A stretch of 64,000 nt of DNA from Hormiphora californensis. Taxonomy: Eukaryota; Animalia; Ctenophora. The stretch covers positions 310,001 through 374,000 of the forward strand of contig CM035358.1 in assembly GCA_020137815.1 (NCBI GenBank). Direction: 5' to 3'. The translations under genes were made by a program, and so were the position numbers. The notes under the pieces were generated by a model. It had not been told where the DNA came from, made no database searches, and saw only the letters and a list, made by a program, of their open reading frames with translations. This document shows positions 21,890-31,560 of the stretch, in pieces. The first letter of the stretch is position 1. Each line of letters starts with the position of its first letter.

Positions 21890-22503
21890 GGCGCCGTTAC
21901 GATCTGGGTGTTTCGTGGCCTGTTTTATGTTAATAGTCGGATTTCAAATAACTGTCTTTTTTTAGAGTTTTCAAATTTCTTAAAACGACCATAACTCCGG
22001 TTCCTGATAAGATAGAGACTTGAAATTTCGAGGTTACGAAGATCATTCTAAGTTCTTCCGAACCTCAAAATTTCAAGTCTCTATCTTATATCAGGAACCG
22101 GATATATGACATTATTTTTTAGAAACGACAGTTATTTAAAATCCGACTATACAGATGCACGCTTCCAAAAAAGTTGATTCACTAAAATGGCTCTAACCGC
22201 CAAACCACTCAACCGTTTTGGCTATTTTAAAGTTTATCTGGTAGGAAATGTCAAGGCCTAACCCCAATCCAAACCCCAACCCTAACCCTAACCCTACTTT
22301 AGCCCTAACCCTAAAAAACCATTTGTCAGCACTCACGAAACACCCAGATTTTAACGCTGGTCAGATAAACTTTGAATTAGATAAACTTTGAATTAGCCAA
22401 AACGGTTGAGTGGTTCGGCGGTTAGAGTCATTTTAGTGAATCAACTTTTTTGGCAGCGTGCACCTGTAAACAGACCACGAAACACCCAGATCGTAACGGC
22501 GCC
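21890..22503. mobile_element. MITE with telomere-like CCCTAA tract, containing a nested foldback MITE (~21935-22150)
   Basis: TIR GGCGCCGTTACGATCTGGGTGTTTCGTGG. Internal CCCTAA repeats at ~22257-22315. Confidence 0.75.
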
Positions 22504-22584
22504 CTATATTTTGGGGTGACAACTTCAAAAGATCCGACTTTAACGCTTGGCAAACGCTGCTGACGCCTGGCCCCCGATAGCGGC

Positions 22585-22857
22585 GGAAAACGTTAAAATC
22601 TGGGTGCCTTTCATTGCTAACAATTCGTAGTTTTAGCGCGCGCGACGGGTTAGGGCTATCTGTTAGGGTCTGGTTAGGGTTTGGTTTGGGGTTATCGGTT
22701 AGGGCTATCGATTCTCTATCTGTTACCGTTTAGTTTACTCTAATTGGCCATGTGGTTGCGTGGCTATAGCCGTTTGAAAAAAGTCGGTCTAAGTGTACTC
22801 TTTTGGTAGCGTGCACCTATAAACAGGCTGAAAGGCACCCAGATTATAATCGCGCCC
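22585..22857. mobile_element. MITE with TTAGGG-like repeats, 9-bp TSD
   Basis: TSD GATAGCGGC at 22576-22584 and 22858-22866. Ends share AATCTGGGTGCCTT. Second copy at 30665. Confidence 0.85.
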
Positions 22858-23599
22858 GATAGCGGCGGGATAAGGCAGCGCTTTTTTGGCATACGTTGCA
22901 GGCCCCTCGTTGCGGGGGTGCGCGCATGAGGGGGCTGCAGCGCATTCCAAAGCGCATTTCAACTTTGCAAACGCGTTTAAACGTTGCACAGTGGACCCAC
23001 GCGGACAGGTTTTGAGCCCCGAAATTGCACGCGCAAATCAATGTCCGCGCACAGTACCCTGGGAACATTTTCAAGAGTTTCCTTCATCTTAAACTGTGCA
23101 TTGCGCGTTTTGAGAATCTCTGTGAAGTAACTTTGCGTTTCCCGCCTTTTTGCAATCCCACACAGAGAGTCTCACAGTTCACACACCCCTGAGTGTTGTG
23201 TAGTTGATATTATATTACACACTGCGTAAGAGATTGGTAGTGCCAATCGATTCCAGGTGTATGCCGTCTTGCTACTCTCTGTTTAGTGTGTTCCTAAATC
23301 AGATAGATTTGCTTGAATCTCCTACTTTCACTCCCCTCACTTTGGCTACGGATACTGATTAACTGCTATTATTCAGCTTTGATCATGTTACTCCTCGGTG
23401 TGTGAACTGTGACTGATAACGATTTTCTGAAAGGGATCTCACAAGATTTAATTGCCGTTTCATCTCACTGATTTCTGATTTACTGGAGGTATTAGGTAAG
23501 AGTTACTTGCAACAATAAGCAATTTGATTTATAGTTTTACTGATCTCCCTGTTAAGTGCAAACCCACGGCTGTTCTAACTCACCTCTCTTCTCCCCAGA

Positions 23600-24440
23600 T
23601 CTCCGCGATTGTATGGGGAAGATGTGCCTGAGCTGAGATGTCATTTGCGGTGAAGGTGCATTGATGAGGAATCAAAACACACCCAGTTCGACAGAGTAAA
23701 CTTCTTTGACCACGATACAAGAGTTCTGATGACCGATAACTTCATTTCGGGACCTTCTGATGGACCAAACAAATAGTAGGTAAAAAGTAGTGAGTCTGTT
23801 TGAGTTAGTTATTTGCTGTTTCTACACCAAATTTTTGGATGGAAAAAATCGCAAATATACCTCATAATCTCACGGTTTTTGGCCAAAAATCGCAAATCTC
23901 AATAATCTCAGCTACCCTGAAAATCGCGAATGAGGCATGAGATTCTTGCGGCAGCCCCCCCCCCCCTATCCAACCCCAATCCAATCTTTATTCTCTAACC
24001 CCCATCCCCCAGGGAGTGATGGGTTATTTCCTGGCACGAATCCAACAATACCTCTGGGTATACCTGGCGAGAAACTGCGGTTCAGGCAACACATGGGCAA
24101 TGAAATGGTACATTACGCCTGTGACTGGTGGGATGCGGGTCGAGATACTGGGGTGTACTGATAGGAGCTGTTTTGATATTAATTCACATGCCAAGGTATG
24201 ATAGGATTGGGTCTTTAATTGTAACCCCTCCATCTCCCCTTTAGCACTGTCAATTCTCTGTCCCATGATTCATGTCGCCTTCAATAACGTGTGCGATATG
24301 AAAGGGACCAACCTCCCATCTCCTACCATTTACTAACACCCCCCCCCCTCCCAGGCAGCATCTGGTAGCACACCAGCGCCTTGCAGAGCCTGTCTCTAGG
24401 GAACGGAAGTTACCCTGAACAAGGCAGTCCTGGGTAAATA
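23600..24440 (+). pseudogene. GARS1: Degenerate intron-containing glycyl-tRNA synthetase fragment
   Basis: Frameshifted [12 protein letters not shown] / [27 protein letters not shown] / [15 protein letters not shown] / LVAHQRLAEP match the eukaryotic GlyRS catalytic core. Residual splice sites at 24012, 24196, 24354. Confidence 0.88.
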
Positions 24441-25640
24441 ATGTCAGAGAGAAACACTACGTGTACAACGACAATGTTATCAATATATGTGTAATATATG
24501 AGTTATGTTACAATATCGTTGGACAATTCAAGGGACACTTGCGTTTATTTATCAGTGTGTTTTCAAACTTATTATTGCTGTATAAAATGGGACCATCTGA
24601 TTGAAGTTTAGGATGAATAACCTTGGTGTCTGTTGCACCTGTAGTGAGAAAATGAGTTCGTCCCGAGTTGCCTAAATGTTTCTTGTTACCCGGATATACA
24701 ATGTGAAAGTTCTAAATTAAACATCTATTTCAGAGATGTGTGTAATTTATTGGTAATTCTACTTATTAGAACAATTGAAACCCGTCTCATTCTATTTGTT
24801 TCCGGGTTGATGATCGGGTTTTATTTTGGGCCGTGAAATTAGGCCAGGTAGTGGTGGTGACAGATCTCACAGGAAGATGAGTAGAAAATCTCTCCTCGAA
24901 ATTCCGTGCTTTTTAAAATCTCAAACATGACAAATCCTTGTGTTTTACCACAGCTTGTCGTCAGATGCACCACAAGCTCGAATGATTATTAATATATTAA
25001 TTAAAATCATTCTGTGCCCAATCACCTAATCTTCGTTGGGAAAACACTGAGATTGTCTCGTATAAGACTCATCTCCACACAGAGTCCTGAGAGCTCTTAT
25101 TATCAACTCCGCACAAACACTAGCTGGATATGACCGCGCGAGCTGTACAAACGTTAGTACTGTCAGCACTCGTTTAGAATGTTCGATCCTTCCACGCGCA
25201 GTGTTCCCGCGAAAGTCTGTGGGTTCACACCCATCACCGACATCACCATTGTTGCAATTATGAGAAAACTAGGGTAGGGCGGAGTAAGATTTTTTTTGGA
25301 GGTTAAAGGGGGACTTCCAACGCTTCTTTCAGTAGCTGCATGATAAGCTACGCGATAGGCGTGTTGCTTTATTTTCCACAATGGTCAAAATCACTATTGT
25401 TGATCTGCTGGGCTAAATAAGCACATTTACGCCTACCCAATCAAGCTGCATACACCTACAACAATTCCCTAACAGTCAAAAAAAACTTGGGGTTTCAAAG
25501 GTTTCTGGTTTTCCTGAAAAAGGCAAAAAACGACAGGTCATCGACCGCGCAAATGTCACTTGCGCAAATCGTTTGTCCCAACTATTTATTGAGATATGTC
25601 CTCAGGATGTTGAGACCGCCCGTAGGGGCAGGCAGAAGTT

Positions 25641-26342
25641 ATGACGGAGAAACTCAATACCTCTGATGCAGATGCCGATCCACTGGAATGCTGGGGTTTG
25701 TCGATGATGGAAAAACTTCGTTGTGCAGTAGAGGACGTTTTTTATATCAAGAACGGGCTCAAACAACCAAGTGAACAACAGGATGATGGAGTATTGTCCA
25801 AGTTATTGGATTCTAGTTTGTATGAATCTGGCCATACCATCAAGATTGTTCATGTAAACCAGGCTGGGAAATATGCAGTCATCCAAGTACCTCCTGAAGT
25901 TCGCAAGGCAATCTCCAACAACAATGACAGGATTTACCTCAAGCTCAAGCAGCACGCTGTAAGAAACAGGTTCTATGTGACACAGTGTTTTCACTGCCAG
26001 AGGTACGGTCATGTAGCTGGATCAGTGTATTGTCCCAATAGGGACAAGAGCCCAGTCTGTGCATTTTGCTCGGGTGACCATGATACCCGTCAGTGCCAAG
26101 CCAGGAAGAGCAACGATGGAGGAAAAATGAAGTGTGTCAATTGTGATGTAGGTGGAAGTAGAGAGGATAAGAAGTTCGCCAAATCTCACCCAGCGTCCAG
26201 CAATCTGTGTCCATTCTATGTCAATGCCAGAGGAAGGTTGATGGAGACGACTACTGGAGTAACCAAGGAGCAAAAAAACCTGTACATGACGAGGGCATGG
26301 GAGGATCTGAAAATGAAAAGGTATGGCGGATTGGTACGCTAA
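25641..26342 (+). CDS. LINE ORF1, gag-like CCHC zinc knuckles (N-terminus probably truncated)
   Basis: CFHCQRYGH..C, CAFCSGDH....C, CVNC...H.....C. Overlaps the ORF2 start. Confidence 0.85.
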   Translation: MTEKLNTSDADADPLECWGLSMMEKLRCAVEDVFYIKNGLKQPSEQQDDGVLSKLLDSSLYESGHTIKIVHVNQAGKYAVIQVPPEVRKAISNNNDRIYLKLKQHAVRNRFYVTQCFHCQRYGHVAGSVYCPNRDKSPVCAFCSGDHDTRQCQARKSNDGGKMKCVNCDVGGSREDKKFAKSHPASSNLCPFYVNARGRLMETTTGVTKEQKNLYMTRAWEDLKMKRYGGLVR

Positions 26343-29263
26343 ATGTCCATTCGCTAATGAACAAGACAGCTGGAGTTTTGGATCACCTGGAGGATAATCA
26401 GTGTGACATCTGTCTGGTTCAAGAAACCTATCTCAAGAACTCAGACACAGCAAAAGTTCAAGAAATAAGAGAGTATGGATGGGACATTTATTCTTCTCCC
26501 AGAGCGGAAAGATCAGGAGGAGGGATTGGGGTTTTGTACAGAAATGGGGTCAGAGTGAGATTATCTCCGACAAGGAAAACATTCAAGTCTTTCCAAGTAC
26601 AGGAAGTACTTATTGGAACGGGTGAAGGTATGGTTCGATTGTGTAATATCTATCGTCCTCCTTACACTGGAAAGGCACGGTTTACTGCTGCTTCGTTTCT
26701 TGAGGAATTTGTGGACTACTTAGCTGATGTTAACCTGCGGACTGGGTCCCCTGTCTTGATGGGTGATTTCAATTTCCAAGTACAAGACCTCTCTGACTTT
26801 TATGCAGAGAAGTTCCTAAAGCTCCTTGATTCTTTTGGGCTGGAGCAACTCACTCCATGTCAGCCGACCCACACCAGAGGTGGAACGCTTGATCTGGTGA
26901 TCTGTCAGAGTGATATCAAAACGAAGTTTCGATCTGTGGAAATACTGAAGGATGGTACTGAATCAGACCATTATATGGTTCTGAGTGAACTGGTCACTAA
27001 AACTGAGGATGTGGATTTTCGAAGCAAGCAACAAATTGACATGTACAGAGACTTTAAATCTGTGGATCCTGAACTGTTCAGGAAAGCATTGCGGAACCTT
27101 GGACTAGAGGATCTTCTTGTAGCTGAATCACCCGAGGAAAACTTCCAGATCTATGAGAGGACTCTTAGCAACCTTGTGGAGAAATCTGTTGAACTCAAGA
27201 AAAGACGAAGAGGGAAGAAGTTAAGGCCGTGGAGAGAAGATGAAAGTGTCAAAGACGTGCTGAAACTACGCAGACGTGCTGAGAGGGCTTGGCGGAAGAA
27301 CAAGACTCCGATACGGAAAGCCCAGTTGAATGACTTGAAGAGACAGTTTGGAAAAGTGGACAAGGACGCGAGGATTGGTTTCAACAAGAAAAATCTAGAG
27401 GAGTCAAAAGGTGATCCTAAAGGTTTGCAACGGAAGGTTAACCGCCTCCTGGGCAAAGCTGAGAGTATCCTACCGGAATCTGGTAATGATGGAAAGCTAG
27501 CAGAGGACTTCGCGGAATTTTTCAGTAGTAAAGTGGATAAGATCCGTACATCAGTGTTTGAGGAACAAAGTGATCTGGAGGATGGAGAGGCTGTGAGGAC
27601 TGATCCGGAATGCAAGCTTGCTCAGTTTGAGGAGGTGTCGGTGGAATATATCAAGGGCCTCATCAAGGATATGCCGGACAAGACATGTGATCTGGATATC
27701 ATCCCCACTTGGTTGGTGAAGGGATGTATTCATGAATTCGCCCCGTGGATTACTACGCTGGTTAATGGATCTATTAGGAGTTCGACTGTTCCAGAGGCGT
27801 TCCAGCAAGCCCTAGTGTTTCCTACGATAAAGAATACTCAAGGTGACCGTGACAGTCTGCAGAACTACCGACCAGTGTCAAACCTGCTGTTTATCTCGAA
27901 GGTTCTCGAGAAGGTAGTATTGGATCAATTGACCTGCTACCTGGAGGATAACAGCCTACTGAACAAGAACCAATCAGGATATAGGGTTGGCCATAGTTGT
28001 GAAACCTTGTTAACCGGTATGTTTGAGGATCTACTTGAGGAAATGGATAGAGGAAATGTCATGGCACTTCTTTTACTGGACATGAGTGCTGCATTCGACA
28101 CCGTTGACCACACCAAGCTGGTCCAAGTGTTGAATAGTCGGTTTGGAATCTGTGGAGCAGCGCTCAATTGGTTTGAGAGCTACCTTGGGAGCAGAAGCTA
28201 CAGAGTTAACGTTCGAGGAAAACTCTCTGGAATTGTCAAGCTAGTATGTGGTGTCCCACAGGGTTCTCTGTTGGGACCTGTCTTGTTCCTGCTGTATGTG
28301 GAGGAACTCCAAGACCTTGTTGAACAGTATGGGCTGAGGATAAAACTATATGCTGATGACTCACAGTTATATATGAGTCTGGTTCCTCATGATGATGAAG
28401 GATGGCTAGCAGTGAAAGGTAATGCTGAGGATTGTTTGAAGGAGGTGAAGGATTGGATGGTGAAGCACTGGCTGAGGTGTAATGAGGCCAAAACGGAGCT
28501 ATTGTTACTTGGAAAGAGTGGAGCTCTAGAGAAGCTAGCCTATGAACCCTCAATTGTTTTTGGGGGCACGGAAATCTTTCCAGTGGATTTTAAAGGAACT
28601 ACAGGTAAAACCCTTGGCGTCTACCTTGACAGCCAACTCACTATGGAACGACAGGTTAACAGTGTCAAGAGACAGTGTGGTATGATCCTGAGGAACCTTT
28701 GGCAGATCAATCGATGTTTGGACCAGTCTATGAAGATCCTTCTTGTCAAACAGTTAGTTATTTCGAGGTTGGACTACTGTAACATACTGTATTGTGGACT
28801 CCCGAAGAAACACATCAACAGCCTACAGAAAACACTCAACTCTTGTGTTCGGTTCGTCTATGGTCTACACGGACATCAAGATGATTATTCTCCCTACCTG
28901 AAGGAAATGCATGTCCTTCCTATTGAACAGAGGATTGTGTTCAAGGCATGTCTTACAGCTTATAAGGTCGTTCATCGAACTGCTCCAGATTATCTAACCG
29001 ACAAAGTGCCAGCGTGTGAGGGTGTGGATAGCTTGCGTTTTACCAGAGCCAATGCTGTTCCGGATGAGTTCAGGCTCCAGTACCCGAAACTCTCAAGTGT
29101 CAACGCTAATTCTAAATTGAGGAGAAGGCGACCTTCTGTATTTCTACCCAGTCTGTGGAACGAACTTCCTTTGGACATCAGATCTCTTCTGTCTGTTGAT
29201 TCCTTCAAGACAAGACTTAAGACCCGACTCTTCACTGAGGCTTATGGCGTAAGTACTTCCTGA
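26207..29263 (+). CDS. LINE ORF2: APE endonuclease + reverse transcriptase, uninterrupted
   Basis: LNVHSL, LVQET, NIYRPP, MGDFN, TLDLV, SDH; NYRPVS, LDMSAAFDTVDH, GVPQGSLLGP, YADD; C-terminal LWNELP..FKTRLKTRLF. The true start is probably near 26297. Confidence 0.96.
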   Translation: MSILCQCQRKVDGDDYWSNQGAKKPVHDEGMGGSENEKVWRIGTLNVHSLMNKTAGVLDHLEDNQCDICLVQETYLKNSDTAKVQEIREYGWDIYSSPRAERSGGGIGVLYRNGVRVRLSPTRKTFKSFQVQEVLIGTGEGMVRLCNIYRPPYTGKARFTAASFLEEFVDYLADVNLRTGSPVLMGDFNFQVQDLSDFYAEKFLKLLDSFGLEQLTPCQPTHTRGGTLDLVICQSDIKTKFRSVEILKDGTESDHYMVLSELVTKTEDVDFRSKQQIDMYRDFKSVDPELFRKALRNLGLEDLLVAESPEENFQIYERTLSNLVEKSVELKKRRRGKKLRPWREDESVKDVLKLRRRAERAWRKNKTPIRKAQLNDLKRQFGKVDKDARIGFNKKNLEESKGDPKGLQRKVNRLLGKAESILPESGNDGKLAEDFAEFFSSKVDKIRTSVFEEQSDLEDGEAVRTDPECKLAQFEEVSVEYIKGLIKDMPDKTCDLDIIPTWLVKGCIHEFAPWITTLVNGSIRSSTVPEAFQQALVFPTIKNTQGDRDSLQNYRPVSNLLFISKVLEKVVLDQLTCYLEDNSLLNKNQSGYRVGHSCETLLTGMFEDLLEEMDRGNVMALLLLDMSAAFDTVDHTKLVQVLNSRFGICGAALNWFESYLGSRSYRVNVRGKLSGIVKLVCGVPQGSLLGPVLFLLYVEELQDLVEQYGLRIKLYADDSQLYMSLVPHDDEGWLAVKGNAEDCLKEVKDWMVKHWLRCNEAKTELLLLGKSGALEKLAYEPSIVFGGTEIFPVDFKGTTGKTLGVYLDSQLTMERQVNSVKRQCGMILRNLWQINRCLDQSMKILLVKQLVISRLDYCNILYCGLPKKHINSLQKTLNSCVRFVYGLHGHQDDYSPYLKEMHVLPIEQRIVFKACLTAYKVVHRTAPDYLTDKVPACEGVDSLRFTRANAVPDEFRLQYPKLSSVNANSKLRRRRPSVFLPSLWNELPLDIRSLLSVDSFKTRLKTRLFTEAYGVSTS

Positions 29264-29627
29264 AGGCTTGTATCAGTTTTATATCTCCAGTGTGTTTGGA
29301 ACAGTTGTATCGGTTTTTATTTTAAGCATTTTTTGAGGGTTTGAAGCATGAGTGGACAGAGTGTGAAGCAGTGTGAATTTTGTTTACCAAGGATTCTTTT
29401 TGGACAGTTTATCATTATATGTCAGTTATTTTCTTCAGTTTTTTTCCCACGATATGTGAGCCGTTGTAAGTCAGTTATATTCCATTATGGTCTTGATAGA
29501 GTAAATTTTTCCCTAGCTTTGTATCCCGCTCTGATTGTCTTTCAGTGGCAGCAGCTATCTCTTGATCTGTTGCCCCTGGAGGATATGGGCGGAATATAAG
29601 CACGTCTATTATTATTATTATTATTAT

Positions 29628-30503
29628 GATGATCCTGAGCAGTATATTGAGGACGCACTGCCGAAAGACTCCGAAATGAGAAAGTATAATGTTGATCGTT
29701 TCATGGCTTTCACCGAGAACCTCTCTCGTCATATTTTTCGGATAGTGAGAGAAATAGGACCAGTTATGAAGGAGAAACGTCTGTATGCAACTGCCCGAAT
29801 GAAAGAACGCCTGGAACTAGAGGAGTGTAATCAGAAGCTCAAGGAGGTACAAGAAGAGCTTGGCACTTTTAAGGAAGAAATCGACAAACATCGGGTATCA
29901 AGGATTGAACTGCAAGAGAAGCTGATTGAAGCACAAAATACTTTGATTGAAGTACAAGGTCGGAAACTTAGTTCAGTGTCAGAGTCTGTTCAGAAGCAAT
30001 TGCAGGGCTACTCCAAGGTGCTTGTACAGAATTGCTCTGCAGCTATTACACCATCCCGCCTCCAAGCAGCATTGAAGAAAGCGACTGTACCCCATCCAAG
30101 TACAACCGCGGAAGAAGCAACTCTTGATCGCAAGTTGAATTTGGTTATATTTGGGCTGCCAGAAACTACGGCAAGGGCTACTGAGCATGAAGTTCAGGAT
30201 ATCTTTGGAGAGCTCAATGAAAAACCAGTCATATCATCTACAAAGCGTATTGGCGAAAAGACTGATAACCGACCGAGACCAGTAATTGTTACACTTGAAA
30301 GGAGGGAAACTTTGTTACAACTTCTAAGAAAAGCAAAACAGCTCCGAGATTCAGAGAAATTCTCCTCGGTGTTTCTCTCCCCCGACCTAACACCGGAGGA
30401 GCAGCGAGAGCGGAAAACTCTCGTTGATACAGTGAAAGGACTGAGGCGAGACAATCCGAATGGACGATACTGGGTTAGCAGGGGGGTCATTAAATGTGGC
30501 TGA
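29628..30503 (+). CDS. Second LINE ORF1-like protein (coiled coil + RRM/CTD, Transposase_22-like), no ORF2 following
   Basis: Heptad coiled coil, then NLVIFGLPE, KRIG..RPRPVIVTL, VFLSPDLTPEEQ. Followed by a short UTR and an (AAT)n tail. Confidence 0.8.
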   Translation, partial: DDPEQYIEDALPKDSEMRKYNVDRFMAFTENLSRHIFRIVREIGPVMKEKRLYATARMKERLELEECNQKLKEVQEELGTFKEEIDKHRVSRIELQEKLIEAQNTLIEVQGRKLSSVSESVQKQLQGYSKVLVQNCSAAITPSRLQAALKKATVPHPSTTAEEATLDRKLNLVIFGLPETTARATEHEVQDIFGELNEKPVISSTKRIGEKTDNRPRPVIVTLERRETLLQLLRKAKQLRDSEKFSSVFLSPDLTPEEQRERKTLVDTVKGLRRDNPNGRYWVSRGVIKCG

Positions 30504-30664
30504 CCTGCTACATGTAATTTGTACTCTAAAGAGACTTCAAAAGGAACCTTATGACTATCAATTTAGCCCACAAAAAGGGGCAGTATATGTTGTATTTTAT
30601 CCAATGTATACATTTTAGATTTAATAATAATAATAATAATTGTCCCAAATCGCGCGTTTGGGTC

Positions 30665-30937
30665 GGGCGCGATTATAATCTGGGTGCCTTGCAGCGTGTT
30701 TACAGGTGCGCGCTGCCAAAAGAGTATACTTAGACCGACTTTTTTCAAACGGCTATAGCCATGGAACCACATGGCCGATTTGAGTAAACTAAACGGTATC
30801 AGTTAGAGAATCGATAGCCCTAACCGATAACCCCAAACCAAACCCTAACCAGACCCTAACGGATAGCCCTAACCCGTCGCGCGCGCCAAAACTACGAATT
30901 GTTAGCAATGAAAGGCACCCAGATTTTAACGTTTTCC
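30665..30937. mobile_element. Second, inverted copy of the TTAGGG-containing MITE
   Basis: TSD GTTTGGGTC at 30656-30664 and 30938-30946. Confidence 0.85.
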
Positions 30938-31082
30938 GTTTGGGTCCACTGTGCGTTGCTGGCCCCGCCGTTGAAAATCTGATTTTGCAAAATTATCAAA
31001 TTAGCGTTTTTTATACGAAACGTCTCGCGCGTTCCATTTCGCGCGCGATTTGGCAACGCAGTTTTTTTTTTTTTTTTGGGGC

Positions 31083-31470
31083 ATAAGGAACCATAATAAA
31101 GTTCAAGAGCGCACCCCATCCAAGAGCGTACCACCTCCAAAAGACACCACTCCAAGAGCGCACCACATCAAAGAGAGCTCCCCATCCAGAAGATACCGCG
31201 CGCAGGGGACACCACGCGCAGAAGAGACCGCACGCGCAAATACAACGCCGCGCTGGTCTCTTCTGCGCGTGGTGTCCCCTGCGTGTGGTATCTTCTGGAT
31301 GGGGAGCTCTCTTTGATGTGGTGCGCTCTTGAAGTGGTGTCTTCTGGAGGTGGTACGCTCTTGGATGTGGTCTCTTTTGGGTGTGGTGCGCTCTCAGGTG
31401 TGGTCTCTCTTCGATCGGGTGCGCTCTTGGGTGCTCTTGGAGGCTTTTGAACTTTATTATGGTTCCTTAT
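31083..31470. mobile_element. Foldback MITE with short subterminal repeats
   Basis: TIR ATAAGGAACCATAATAAAGTTCAA. Near-palindromic body. Confidence 0.8.
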
Positions 31471-31560
31471 TAAGCTAAGGCGTACCAAGTCTCATACCAC
31501 CCGGGTATAGACGGCATTGGAATGCGCTGCAGCCCCCTCATGCGCGCACCCCCGCAACGA

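Larger units (their letters stand above)
25582..30639 (+). mobile_element. CR1/L2-group LINE insertion (5'-truncated) with an appended ORF1-like unit
   Basis: TSD TTGTCCCAA at 25573-25581 and 30640-30648. Internal (TAT)n at ~29607-29627 and terminal (AAT)n at ~30622-30640. Confidence 0.85.
22987..30953. mobile_element. Non-autonomous Transib/RAG-like DNA transposon with captured host gene fragments
   Basis: 13-bp TIR CACAGTGGACCCA at both ends. 5-bp TSD CGTTG at 22982-22986 and 30954-30958. No transposase seen. Confidence 0.75.

Noticed and set aside
22585-30937. Two inverted ~270-bp repeats as TIRs of one 8-kb element
   Set aside because: Each copy has its own distinct 9-bp TSD, so they are independent MITE insertions.
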